Of a stretch of DNA of 64,000 nt, positions 55,459 to 63,345 are shown in pieces. Position 1 is the first letter of the stretch; each line of letters opens with the position of its first letter. The stretch comes from an uncultured bacterium (lineage in GTDB: Bacteria; Hydrothermota; UBA3072), in the NCBI GenBank assembly GCA_964534175.1, contig CAZHNS010000009.1:460-64459 (forward strand). The letters run 5' to 3'. The translations under genes and the position numbers were made by a program. A model generated the notes under the pieces. It worked only from the letters and a program-made list of their open reading frames with translations, did no database searches and was not told where the DNA came from.

Positions 55459-56079
55459 TCAGTATTTAACAATATTTCCTCTACGCATAAAAAAATTCTT
55501 TAACCGTCTCAGAATCTTCCTTCCAGGTTTAGTGGGTTCCAGGTGATAATAATTCACCTTCGGGAAATCGGTATCAGGCACAGCTTTTCCAAGGAAAGGA
55601 CACAATTTTTCCCATCCGTCACCATTACAAATATCCATAATTAATAGATTCCCTCTATTTTTAAAAAAGTCTTTAACTTTTTGGTTATGCTCTTTGTAAC
55701 ATTTAAGAAATGTTTCTTCGGAGAAATGAGTAAGGCCTGAAAATATCTTGGTCATAATATATTTATTAGCTTTTTTCCAGGGAACCACAAATTTAAAATG
55801 TCTTCTGGCTGAATCTAACCACTTATTCTCTTCTCTCACTGTAAGGATAAATTTTGCATCAGGATATAATTCGTATAACTCTTTATATAAAAAAGCGATA
55901 GAACCTATAAATGCATCTCCTCTCTTCAGGAATTGAGAATTTTTAAGAATTTTATTCCTGTATTCCTGCGCTATCTCAACAGGATCATGAAATACCTTAA
56001 AATTAAGTATTTCCAATGCCAGAGCCAAACTGGAGGTAGCAGTCTTAGGATAACCTATTCCAAATGTTTTTTCACTCAT
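55459..56079 (-). CDS. Sulfotransferase (Sulfotransfer_4-like family)
   Basis: 5'-PSB loop GIGYPKTATSSL, PDAKFILTVR..W..S, DGWEKLCPFLGKAVP..FPKVN. Start ATG 56079 after GGAG (alternative 56091). Confidence 0.9.
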   Translation of the reverse strand: MSEKTFGIGYPKTATSSLALALEILNFKVFHDPVEIAQEYRNKILKNSQFLKRGDAFIGSIAFLYKELYELYPDAKFILTVREENKWLDSARRHFKFVVPWKKANKYIMTKIFSGLTHFSEETFLKCYKEHNQKVKDFFKNRGNLLIMDICNGDGWEKLCPFLGKAVPDTDFPKVNYYHLEPTKPGRKILRRLKNFFMRRGNIVKY

Positions 56080-56080
56080 T

Positions 56081-57193
56081 TTATCTCCCATTTATACATT
56101 GATAATAAAACTTTTCCTGCTGTCTTGATATCCAATCCCAATTATACTTCCTTGCCCATTTCCTACCTTCTTCTCCAAGCCTCTTCCTCATTTTATTATT
56201 ATGTATAATCTCATACATAGAACTGCCCAAGCCTTTCACATCCTCGGGGCTAACTAAGATTCCTGTCTTGCTGTCTATTATAACTTCTTGAAGAGAGGAA
56301 GTTCTGGTACCTATTATTGCCTTACCAGATGCCGAAGCTTCCATAGCTACAATCCCCCAAGATTCAAATCTAGACGGCATACATACAAAAAGGGCGCTGG
56401 ATAATAATTGCCTCTTTTTCTCCCTTTCAAAAATCTTTCCAATAAATTTAATCCTGCTCTTCATTGTTGATTTACTTATCAGATGTTTTAACTTTTCCTC
56501 GTCTTTACCTCCCCCAGCTATCACTAATTCTATCCCTTTTACCCTCACAGCAACTTTCTCAAAAGCCTTTATTAGAATATCAATTCCTTTCTGGTAAATA
56601 TCTATTCTACCCAGAAATAGGATATAGGCCTTCTCGGAAACCACAGCATCAAACAAATACTCATCTACCCCGTTGGGAATAACTACATTTTTTGTACTCT
56701 TATTAATCAAAAATTTGTTTTCCAATTTCTTTTTTATATAAGTAGATACCGAAATAAAATTATCATAAAGTTTTAATCCGAGCTTTTCAAACACAATAAA
56801 AAATATACCGATTAAACCATGAGTTTTTATTGCATGTTCACTGTAAAGATTCTGAATTGATGCTATAACTGGTCTTTTAGTGAAAAGAGGGATAAAACAG
56901 GGAGAGTGCGCCGAAAATTCATCTATAATTAAATCATATTCCAGCTGTTTTATATATTTCCAAGCCATTAAACCAAAAGAAAGTCTGCTCAGAAAGTAAC
57001 TTTTTTTAGATCCTATCCTAATATATTTTATACCATCTTTTATTTGGTCCCTGGCTCCCGGATAATTACCGGTAATTATAGTTATATCATGTTTTTCCGA
57101 TAGCCTTCTTGAGATTTCATAGACCCTTAAAGCTCCACCACCTCCTACCCAAGGATTTCCTAAATCATCATAGATTAAATGAATTATCTTCAC
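56081..57193 (-). CDS. GT4 glycosyltransferase
   Basis: P..GGGA.R, IPNGVD, FLGRI..QKG, PSRFESWGIVAMEA; GTG start. Confidence 0.95.
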   Translation of the reverse strand: MKIIHLIYDDLGNPWVGGGGALRVYEISRRLSEKHDITIITGNYPGARDQIKDGIKYIRIGSKKSYFLSRLSFGLMAWKYIKQLEYDLIIDEFSAHSPCFIPLFTKRPVIASIQNLYSEHAIKTHGLIGIFFIVFEKLGLKLYDNFISVSTYIKKKLENKFLINKSTKNVVIPNGVDEYLFDAVVSEKAYILFLGRIDIYQKGIDILIKAFEKVAVRVKGIELVIAGGGKDEEKLKHLISKSTMKSRIKFIGKIFEREKKRQLLSSALFVCMPSRFESWGIVAMEASASGKAIIGTRTSSLQEVIIDSKTGILVSPEDVKGLGSSMYEIIHNNKMRKRLGEEGRKWARKYNWDWISRQQEKFYYQCINGR

Positions 57194-57197
57194 GAAA

Positions 57198-58757
57198 TTA
57201 AATATATCCTAAATCTTTCAGGTGATCCTTCACTGATGCGTCTTCCTTCTCCGAAAGAAAGAAAGTCTTCTTTTGCTCATAAGGGAGATTCTTGAAAACT
57301 TCTTTAACAGAACCTGCTTCAATATAATCCTTCAGAATATTACCATCAACGTCTTCCGGAATTGGTAACTCGCCCAAGGCACAGGCAGTAGGGAATACAT
57401 CTCTGACAGAAGCTCTTTCTATTTCCTTGCCTTCTATTATACCTTGACCATGCATAAGAATAATCCCATCCATCGCACAAACATGATGCCCTTCCAGAGC
57501 AGGTCGGTCCAATTTCTTATCGAATAATCTTCCCGGCAAATTTGTATTTAGCCGGTAATTTCTTGTAGTTGTATATGTTAAATCTGGCATTTCCTCAAAA
57601 AATTCTCCTTTATATAATTCCCACTTAGTTTTTGCATCAAGAAAAATACTCTCTCCATTTGCCGGATCTTTTGCCTCTAAAAGCAATTTTTTCAAATCTT
57701 CTGCTGTTTTTTTTCTACTACCAGTATCCGGATAATATTCCGGGTTTAAATAGATTCCTGCATACCAATTTGCATATGCTTTTGTTTTACTCCAATCTAC
57801 TTTTGAACTCATAGTTTCTCTGACAATTTGTTTTTTAAAGTTATCGGGCAATAAATACTGTACAAAATTAAATTTTTTTACCACCGCTATTCCAAATTTA
57901 TAAATCAAGTTAGAAAACTTTCCTTTAATATGTTTCGCTCGTTTTAAATAACCATTGTCTTCTAAGTACTGATTTATATAAAAATATTTCTGTGGGGCAT
58001 CAGTAAAACCGTGGTCTGAAACAAAAATTATTCGGTCTGGTTTTTCCTGTTCGTATATCTTTTCTACATTCTTTTCCAACCTTTTTAAATATTCTAATAC
58101 CTTGCTTTTATCCTTCCAGAAATAATGCATAAAATCATCAAATTCCTTAAAATTTATCATAAATAGATTCATCTCGTTTTTAGCAAGAAGTTTTAATACC
58201 CACTCGGTCCTTTCTTCCATAATTTGAATAAGAGCCTTTTCCACCCCTGGTTTGTCAATATTGCTATCACGAAACCACTTTTTTTCTATATTTATTCTGT
58301 ACCCCTCAATTTCATCAATAAGTTCAGGTGGGTAAGTAAAATCCAAAGAACCTCTTGGCGTCATAAAACCTGCTATAAGAAATCCATTAACTTCTGTGGG
58401 AGGATAACTTACTGGTATATTTACAATACCAACTTTACTCCCAAATTCAGAAGCCCACTCCCAAAGAGACCAGGTTTTTATATCAGTAAAATTAATAAAT
58501 TGAGCTGAAGAGAAATGTTCAGGATCAAATCCTTTTTTATCACTTTTATATAAGAAAGGCCCAATTTTTGCAGGATTTTTGCCTGTAAATATCACAGGCC
58601 AGGCCAGCATCGAATATGACGGAAGCGTACTTTTTAACTTGCCAAAGGCACCCTGCTTTGCAAGTTTAGAAAAAAAAGGTAAATCACCATTTTCAATCCA
58701 TTCTTTTACTTCCTTGTAGGGGGCTCCATCAAGCCCAATAATAAAGAGTTTTTTCAT
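57198..58757 (-). CDS. Alkaline phosphatase superfamily protein (type I phosphodiesterase/NPP-like), paralogue 2
   Basis: IIGLDGA, STLPSYSMLAW..FTGKNP, NIPVSYPP, FDDFMH, VSDHGF, EGHH, C-terminal HLKDLGYI. Confidence 0.9.
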   Translation of the reverse strand: MKKLFIIGLDGAPYKEVKEWIENGDLPFFSKLAKQGAFGKLKSTLPSYSMLAWPVIFTGKNPAKIGPFLYKSDKKGFDPEHFSSAQFINFTDIKTWSLWEWASEFGSKVGIVNIPVSYPPTEVNGFLIAGFMTPRGSLDFTYPPELIDEIEGYRINIEKKWFRDSNIDKPGVEKALIQIMEERTEWVLKLLAKNEMNLFMINFKEFDDFMHYFWKDKSKVLEYLKRLEKNVEKIYEQEKPDRIIFVSDHGFTDAPQKYFYINQYLEDNGYLKRAKHIKGKFSNLIYKFGIAVVKKFNFVQYLLPDNFKKQIVRETMSSKVDWSKTKAYANWYAGIYLNPEYYPDTGSRKKTAEDLKKLLLEAKDPANGESIFLDAKTKWELYKGEFFEEMPDLTYTTTRNYRLNTNLPGRLFDKKLDRPALEGHHVCAMDGIILMHGQGIIEGKEIERASVRDVFPTACALGELPIPEDVDGNILKDYIEAGSVKEVFKNLPYEQKKTFFLSEKEDASVKDHLKDLGYI

Positions 58758-58763
58758 GGAAGG

Positions 58764-58791
58764 AATATAAAATTAACGATTGAAATGTCAA
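58764..58791 (-). promoter_or_regulatory. Promoter TTGACA-N16-TATATT, 6 nt from the ATG (apparently leaderless)
   Basis: TGTCAA at 58786-58791, AATATA at 58764-58769; ATG at 58757. Confidence 0.75.
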
Positions 58792-58865
58792 GGGTAGTAC
58801 AAAATGATATAATGCCTATCGTTTAAAACAAAGTAAGAATCTTAGATACAGAAATAATTTTGGAT

Positions 58866-60155
58866 TTAACTTCCGAGATTAAGTGTTATCCGGAGAGGAT
58901 CTTGAATAGAATCCACTTTATCTAAATCGATTCCTCTTCCAAAGATAACCGCATCTTCATAAGTATGCATACCATCAATCGCACCGGGCTTCTGGCAAAC
59001 CTCACCAGTATTTACATTTCCTTTTAAATCGAAACCCCATTTCGGATGAACTATTACGTCCGCCGCGTTCTCAATATAATCTCCAGAATATATCTCTTCA
59101 CGCAGGAAAGCTTTTTCTATTATCTGTTCACCCTCAGGGGATTTTAAATTCAGTAATTTTTCTTTTAGCTCTTCTCGTAATTTACCATAATCGTCAGTTG
59201 AAACAGAACCCTTTGCTTCTCTCTCCTTCAGATTTATAAAAATCCTTCCCGGAATAAGTGAATAAGCTTTCGAGTTAGGACTGAGTTCTGTAACATTTCT
59301 AGGATTATCAACATCCCAAAGAAGATAGCCTTCATCCTCTAAAAACTGATTTAACTGAACATTATATTTTACTCTGCAGAAACCATGGTCGGATAAAACA
59401 ATAAATATATCTTCATCACCCAGTAATTCATACGTTTTCCCTATCCATTCATCCAATTTAGTATAGAATCTGTCAAAGTCGCCCCTGAACTCACCGCCAT
59501 CCTCATAATCTCCCCAGAAAAAATGGTTAATTCTGTCTGTTTCCATTATATGACATTGAGCAAGAAAATAATCATCCTTTGCCAATAAATCAAAGAATAC
59601 TTCCATCCTTATATCGAGCGCTTTATGTAACTCATCCATAAATTTTCTTCTATTAGTATGTCCAAATCTTGGGTCGACATCGATAATATATCCCTTTTCC
59701 TTTAAATACCCAACGTAAGAAGAAGGCTTCACCACTTTTTCGATACTTGGTGTAAGGAAACCGGATATTAAAATACCGTTAACTTCCTCAGGTGGATAAG
59801 TGACGGGAACATTCAGGACAAGAACTTTCTTTCCCTCTTCGGAAAGTTTCTTCCAGAGAGTTTTGGCTGTTCTGTCCGATGCAAGAGGAATTTTTAAAGT
59901 AAAAGGTTCGTTATTTCTATCTACAAAACCAAAAATAGAATGTTCCGCGGGATTTTTTCCGGTCAGATATGAAGTCCATGCTACCGAAGAAACAGTTGGA
60001 TAAACCGAATTATACTTTTTTAAATTTTCATTTTCACTTGTTATCTTTCTTATATTCTTAAACCTTCCCTCATCTAACTCGGCTTTTAAAAAGCTGTACG
60101 GAACGCCATCTATACCTAAAACAACTATTTTTTTCTTTTTTTTCCTAAAGAGCAT
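58866..60155 (-). CDS. Alkaline phosphatase superfamily protein (type I phosphodiesterase/NPP-like), paralogue 1
   Basis: VLGIDGV, SVYPTVSSVAW..YLTGKNP, NVPVTYPP, TDRINH, LSDHGF, DGMH. Confidence 0.9.
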   Translation of the reverse strand: MLFRKKKKKIVVLGIDGVPYSFLKAELDEGRFKNIRKITSENENLKKYNSVYPTVSSVAWTSYLTGKNPAEHSIFGFVDRNNEPFTLKIPLASDRTAKTLWKKLSEEGKKVLVLNVPVTYPPEEVNGILISGFLTPSIEKVVKPSSYVGYLKEKGYIIDVDPRFGHTNRRKFMDELHKALDIRMEVFFDLLAKDDYFLAQCHIMETDRINHFFWGDYEDGGEFRGDFDRFYTKLDEWIGKTYELLGDEDIFIVLSDHGFCRVKYNVQLNQFLEDEGYLLWDVDNPRNVTELSPNSKAYSLIPGRIFINLKEREAKGSVSTDDYGKLREELKEKLLNLKSPEGEQIIEKAFLREEIYSGDYIENAADVIVHPKWGFDLKGNVNTGEVCQKPGAIDGMHTYEDAVIFGRGIDLDKVDSIQDPLRITLNLGS

Positions 60156-60170
60156 TAAAATCTCCCTTAT

Positions 60171-60932
60171 TTATAGGACTTTAATCAGAGTAGCCAACCC
60201 AAGACAAACAGTTATCACTCCAATCGCAATAACGTGCTTTTTTACATCACTATTTTTTACTACACGAACCGCAAAAGGTATAGCAATAATACTTCCAAAT
60301 AACAATGGCAAAACGGGCATAAAGTTGATAATTCTTACTTTCAAAAGATAAACTAAAAGAGCTACCAGACAGGTTATTGCTTCGGTAAATGAACTTATAC
60401 TAACCGAACTTTTTGAATCTAAACCGGATAAAATCTGCCCGCTTGTAATAATCGGACCATAACCTCCTCCGCTTATTCCCTTGTTAAACGAAGCAAAAAA
60501 ACCAAGAAAATTTATTTTCACCCAGCTAAAACCAATCTTTCTTTCCCTAAATACAAGTACCAGCACACCCATCAAAAAAGCTATTAAACCAACATATATT
60601 TTCACAAAGAATTGTGAAAGATTTACAGCAAGAAATGCAGCGCTTCCGCCGCCTATTATACTAAAAAAGGTCAAGACCATCGCAATTTTAAATGATTTAC
60701 TGTCAACGGAAAAATCTACATTTCCAGAACGGTGATGAAATATAGCAGAAAGTATTCCCGTAAAAACTTGAACGAAAAGAAGAGAAGGTACAATTTGAAT
60801 GGGATCGAACCCAAGTAAAATAAAAGAAGGCACAACAATAGTACCAAAACCTTCGCCGAGCGCAGTATTCAAAAACTGCGCGATAAAAGATACAGCTATT
60901 ATTAGAATTATAACAGAAACACTAAATTCCAC
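60171..60932 (-). CDS. TauE/SafE family sulfite/sulfate transporter
   Basis: TALGEGFGTIVVP, GISGGGYGP, 8 TM; GTG start. Confidence 0.9.
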   Translation of the reverse strand: MEFSVSVIILIIAVSFIAQFLNTALGEGFGTIVVPSFILLGFDPIQIVPSLLFVQVFTGILSAIFHHRSGNVDFSVDSKSFKIAMVLTFFSIIGGGSAAFLAVNLSQFFVKIYVGLIAFLMGVLVLVFRERKIGFSWVKINFLGFFASFNKGISGGGYGPIITSGQILSGLDSKSSVSISSFTEAITCLVALLVYLLKVRIINFMPVLPLLFGSIIAIPFAVRVVKNSDVKKHVIAIGVITVCLGLATLIKVL

Positions 60933-60941
60933 GAAACTTTC

Positions 60942-62174
60942 TCAAAGAATAATACCACCGGCAACTACGTCATTGCCTCTTATTAGAACAAATCTTCCCA
61001 TTTCCTTTACGTCTCCAAATTTTGTAAAAGCAAGCGGTTTTTTTGTTTTTATCTCTACTTCCCCTATCTCGAGATTATTAATCGAAGAAGCTTTTTCCTC
61101 TAGAACCTCTAGCGAGGAAGAATCTACTCTCTCTTTAATTTCTGCAATATTTGCCTTGGTCTCCTGCGTTGCCAAACGGAGACCTATTTTTTCGTCCTTG
61201 CTGAAAGGTTCTTTTGACAACCATATAAGACTGGACTGGATCTTATCCCCTATAGTAAGATCCTTTTCTTCTACACAAAGAACAATCCCTCTCTCCAGGA
61301 AAACAGGGTCAGCAGTTGTAATACCAATCGATTCTCCTGCCACAGCTTCATTCACCGATTCTCTAAACTTTTCTATGGATTTTACAGTGGTCTTACCTCC
61401 ACCGGGGAGTATTTTTACTTCCATTCCGGACGAAAGAGTTCCCGCTTCGATTCTGCCCACCGCAATCCTCTTACCGGATATTTTATAAACATCCTGAACT
61501 GGAAAAATAAGACTCTTATTTTCCGGAGGAACTTCGTTCTTTAGAGAATCGAGTGATTCAAGTACGGTTTTACCTTTATACCATTTCATATTCTTGGAAT
61601 GCTTTGCAACATTATCTCCCTTTAAAGCCGAAATAGGTATGTAATAATCAGGTTTTAAATTTACCGAATTTAAAAATTGATGAACTTCCTCTTTAAGACG
61701 ATTGAAATGAGCTTCTTCATAATTTACTATGTCCATTTTATTTATTACTACAATTATTTGCTCCATTCCCAACATTGAAACCAGATTAGCATGTCTCTTT
61801 GTTTGCTCTCCGACTCCTTCCTTTGCATCCACAATCAACAAAGCAGCTTCTGCCTGGGAAGCTCCTGTCAGCATATTTTTAACAAATTCGACATGTCCCG
61901 GTGCATCTATAATTACATATTCTCTTTTTTTAGTGTGGAAAAAAGTATGAGCAGTATCTATTGTTATACCCTGCTCTCTCTCTTCTCTTAAGTGATCCAT
62001 TATAAAGGCGAATTCCATCTCTCCATCCATCCTTTCTTCTGAGGCTTTTTTAAGTTCGGCTATCTTGTCAGGGGGGAGAGAATTCGTATCATAAAAAAGA
62101 CGCCCTATTAAAGTGGACTTTCCATGGTCAATATGTCCGACCATGACAAACTTTAGAGGATTTTTACCAGACAT
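60942..62174 (-). CDS. cysN: Sulfate adenylyltransferase subunit 1 (GTPase), no fused APS kinase
   Basis: GHIDHGKSTLIGRL, EREQGITID, DAPGH, TGASQA, NKMD, SALKGDNV, FPVQDV, GRFVL; 410 aa. Confidence 0.93.
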   Translation of the reverse strand: MSGKNPLKFVMVGHIDHGKSTLIGRLFYDTNSLPPDKIAELKKASEERMDGEMEFAFIMDHLREEREQGITIDTAHTFFHTKKREYVIIDAPGHVEFVKNMLTGASQAEAALLIVDAKEGVGEQTKRHANLVSMLGMEQIIVVINKMDIVNYEEAHFNRLKEEVHQFLNSVNLKPDYYIPISALKGDNVAKHSKNMKWYKGKTVLESLDSLKNEVPPENKSLIFPVQDVYKISGKRIAVGRIEAGTLSSGMEVKILPGGGKTTVKSIEKFRESVNEAVAGESIGITTADPVFLERGIVLCVEEKDLTIGDKIQSSLIWLSKEPFSKDEKIGLRLATQETKANIAEIKERVDSSSLEVLEEKASSINNLEIGEVEIKTKKPLAFTKFGDVKEMGRFVLIRGNDVVAGGIIL

Positions 62175-62180
62175 AAAGAA

Positions 62181-62981
62181 CTACATATATCCGAGAGCAC
62201 GCAGTTTCTGCATCATATAATCTGACTCTTTATCCTGGGCTCTACCACTTCTCTCGGAAATATCTGTTTCCTTAAGCTCTTTAATTATTTTATCAAGAGT
62301 ATCAGCATTTGAATCGACCGGGGCAACACAGGGCTCGCAACCAATACTCCTGAAACGTTTGCCTTTTTTCGCGAAATAAAGACTCACCACCGGAATTTCT
62401 TCTTTTTTAATATATTTCCAAATATCTAATTCCGTCCAACCAAGAAGAGGATGTACCCGTAGATGTTCTTCTTCTTTAGCCTTTGATTTATACTGGTCCC
62501 ATAGCTCCGGAGGCTGATTTTTGTAATCCCATTCGAAATCTTCATCACGCGGAGAAAAAACTCTTTCTTTAGCTCTTATCCCATGCTCATCTCTTCTTAT
62601 ACCAAGGTAGAGAGCTCTAAACCCGTATTTATTGATAGCATCCCTTAAGGCATTGGTTTTCAACTGGGTACAACACTCCAATTTAGCCTTCCCCGGTCCC
62701 ATACCTCCGGCAATAGCTTTCTCATTACGATGTACAATAAGTTTTAGATTCCATTTTTTCGCGTATTCATCTCTAAACTCATAAATTTCTTTAAACTTAT
62801 AACCGGTATCTATATGCACCACCGGAAACGGCACTTCTCCCAAAAAAGCTTTCCTTATAAGATGAATAAGCGTTGTAGAATCCTTTCCAATTGACCATAA
62901 AGCAGCTACCTTCTGGAACTGATTATATGCTTCTCTTATAATATAAATACTGTTATTTTCTAATTTTTTTAAATGATCCAT
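62181..62981 (-). CDS. cysD: Sulfate adenylyltransferase subunit 2 with CC...CxxC motif
   Basis: LE..SIYIIRE, WSIGKDS, HIDTG.KF, GIRRDE..RAKER.FS.RD..WD..NQPPELW, RVHPL..WTE.DIW.Y. Start ATG 62981 after GGAGG; adjacent to cysN. Confidence 0.92.
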   Translation of the reverse strand: MDHLKKLENNSIYIIREAYNQFQKVAALWSIGKDSTTLIHLIRKAFLGEVPFPVVHIDTGYKFKEIYEFRDEYAKKWNLKLIVHRNEKAIAGGMGPGKAKLECCTQLKTNALRDAINKYGFRALYLGIRRDEHGIRAKERVFSPRDEDFEWDYKNQPPELWDQYKSKAKEEEHLRVHPLLGWTELDIWKYIKKEEIPVVSLYFAKKGKRFRSIGCEPCVAPVDSNADTLDKIIKELKETDISERSGRAQDKESDYMMQKLRALGYM

Positions 62982-63010
62982 TATTCCTCCCGAAGAAGAA
63001 TTTCCGCAAT

Positions 63011-63038
63011 AAATTAATATTTTAACCATTAATGTCAA
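63011..63038 (-). promoter_or_regulatory. cysD operon promoter TTGACA-N16-TAATTT
   Basis: TGTCAA at 63033-63038, AAATTA at 63011-63016. Confidence 0.6.
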
Positions 63039-63117
63039 GGCTATACCTCTATATTTTTACAGCATAGAACATAGAAAAAACAAAAAACTCACAGAGAGCG
63101 CATAGTTATAAGGCAAC

Positions 63118-63286
63118 TAAAATGTAAAAATTAAATATAAAAATGGAAAAAGACAAATTAAAGTTCAAAAATAGATTAAAAAAACATATATAGAAATCCT
63201 TTTATATCTATATGAATATGCGACCTACTTTTTAGTTTTTAAATTTTCATTTGTAATTTTGCTTTTTAATTTTTGATATTTGATTT
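63118..63286. repeat. A-rich ladder / hairpin / T-rich ladder, an imperfect long inverted repeat
   Basis: AAATGTAAAAATTAAATATAAAAATGG... (63118-63171), CATATATAGA..TCTATATG core, ...TTTTAAATTTTCATTTGTAATTTTGCTTTTTAATTTTTG (63228-63286). Confidence 0.6.
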
Positions 63287-63295
63287 ATTAGAAGC

Positions 63296-63323
63296 TTGAC
63301 TTTATAAAATCTCTTTCTATACT
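63296..63323 (+). promoter_or_regulatory. Promoter TTGACT-N16-TATACT
   Basis: Hexamers at 63296-63301 and 63318-63323. Confidence 0.7.
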
Positions 63324-63345
63324 AAAATCAGAGGGTAAAGAACTG

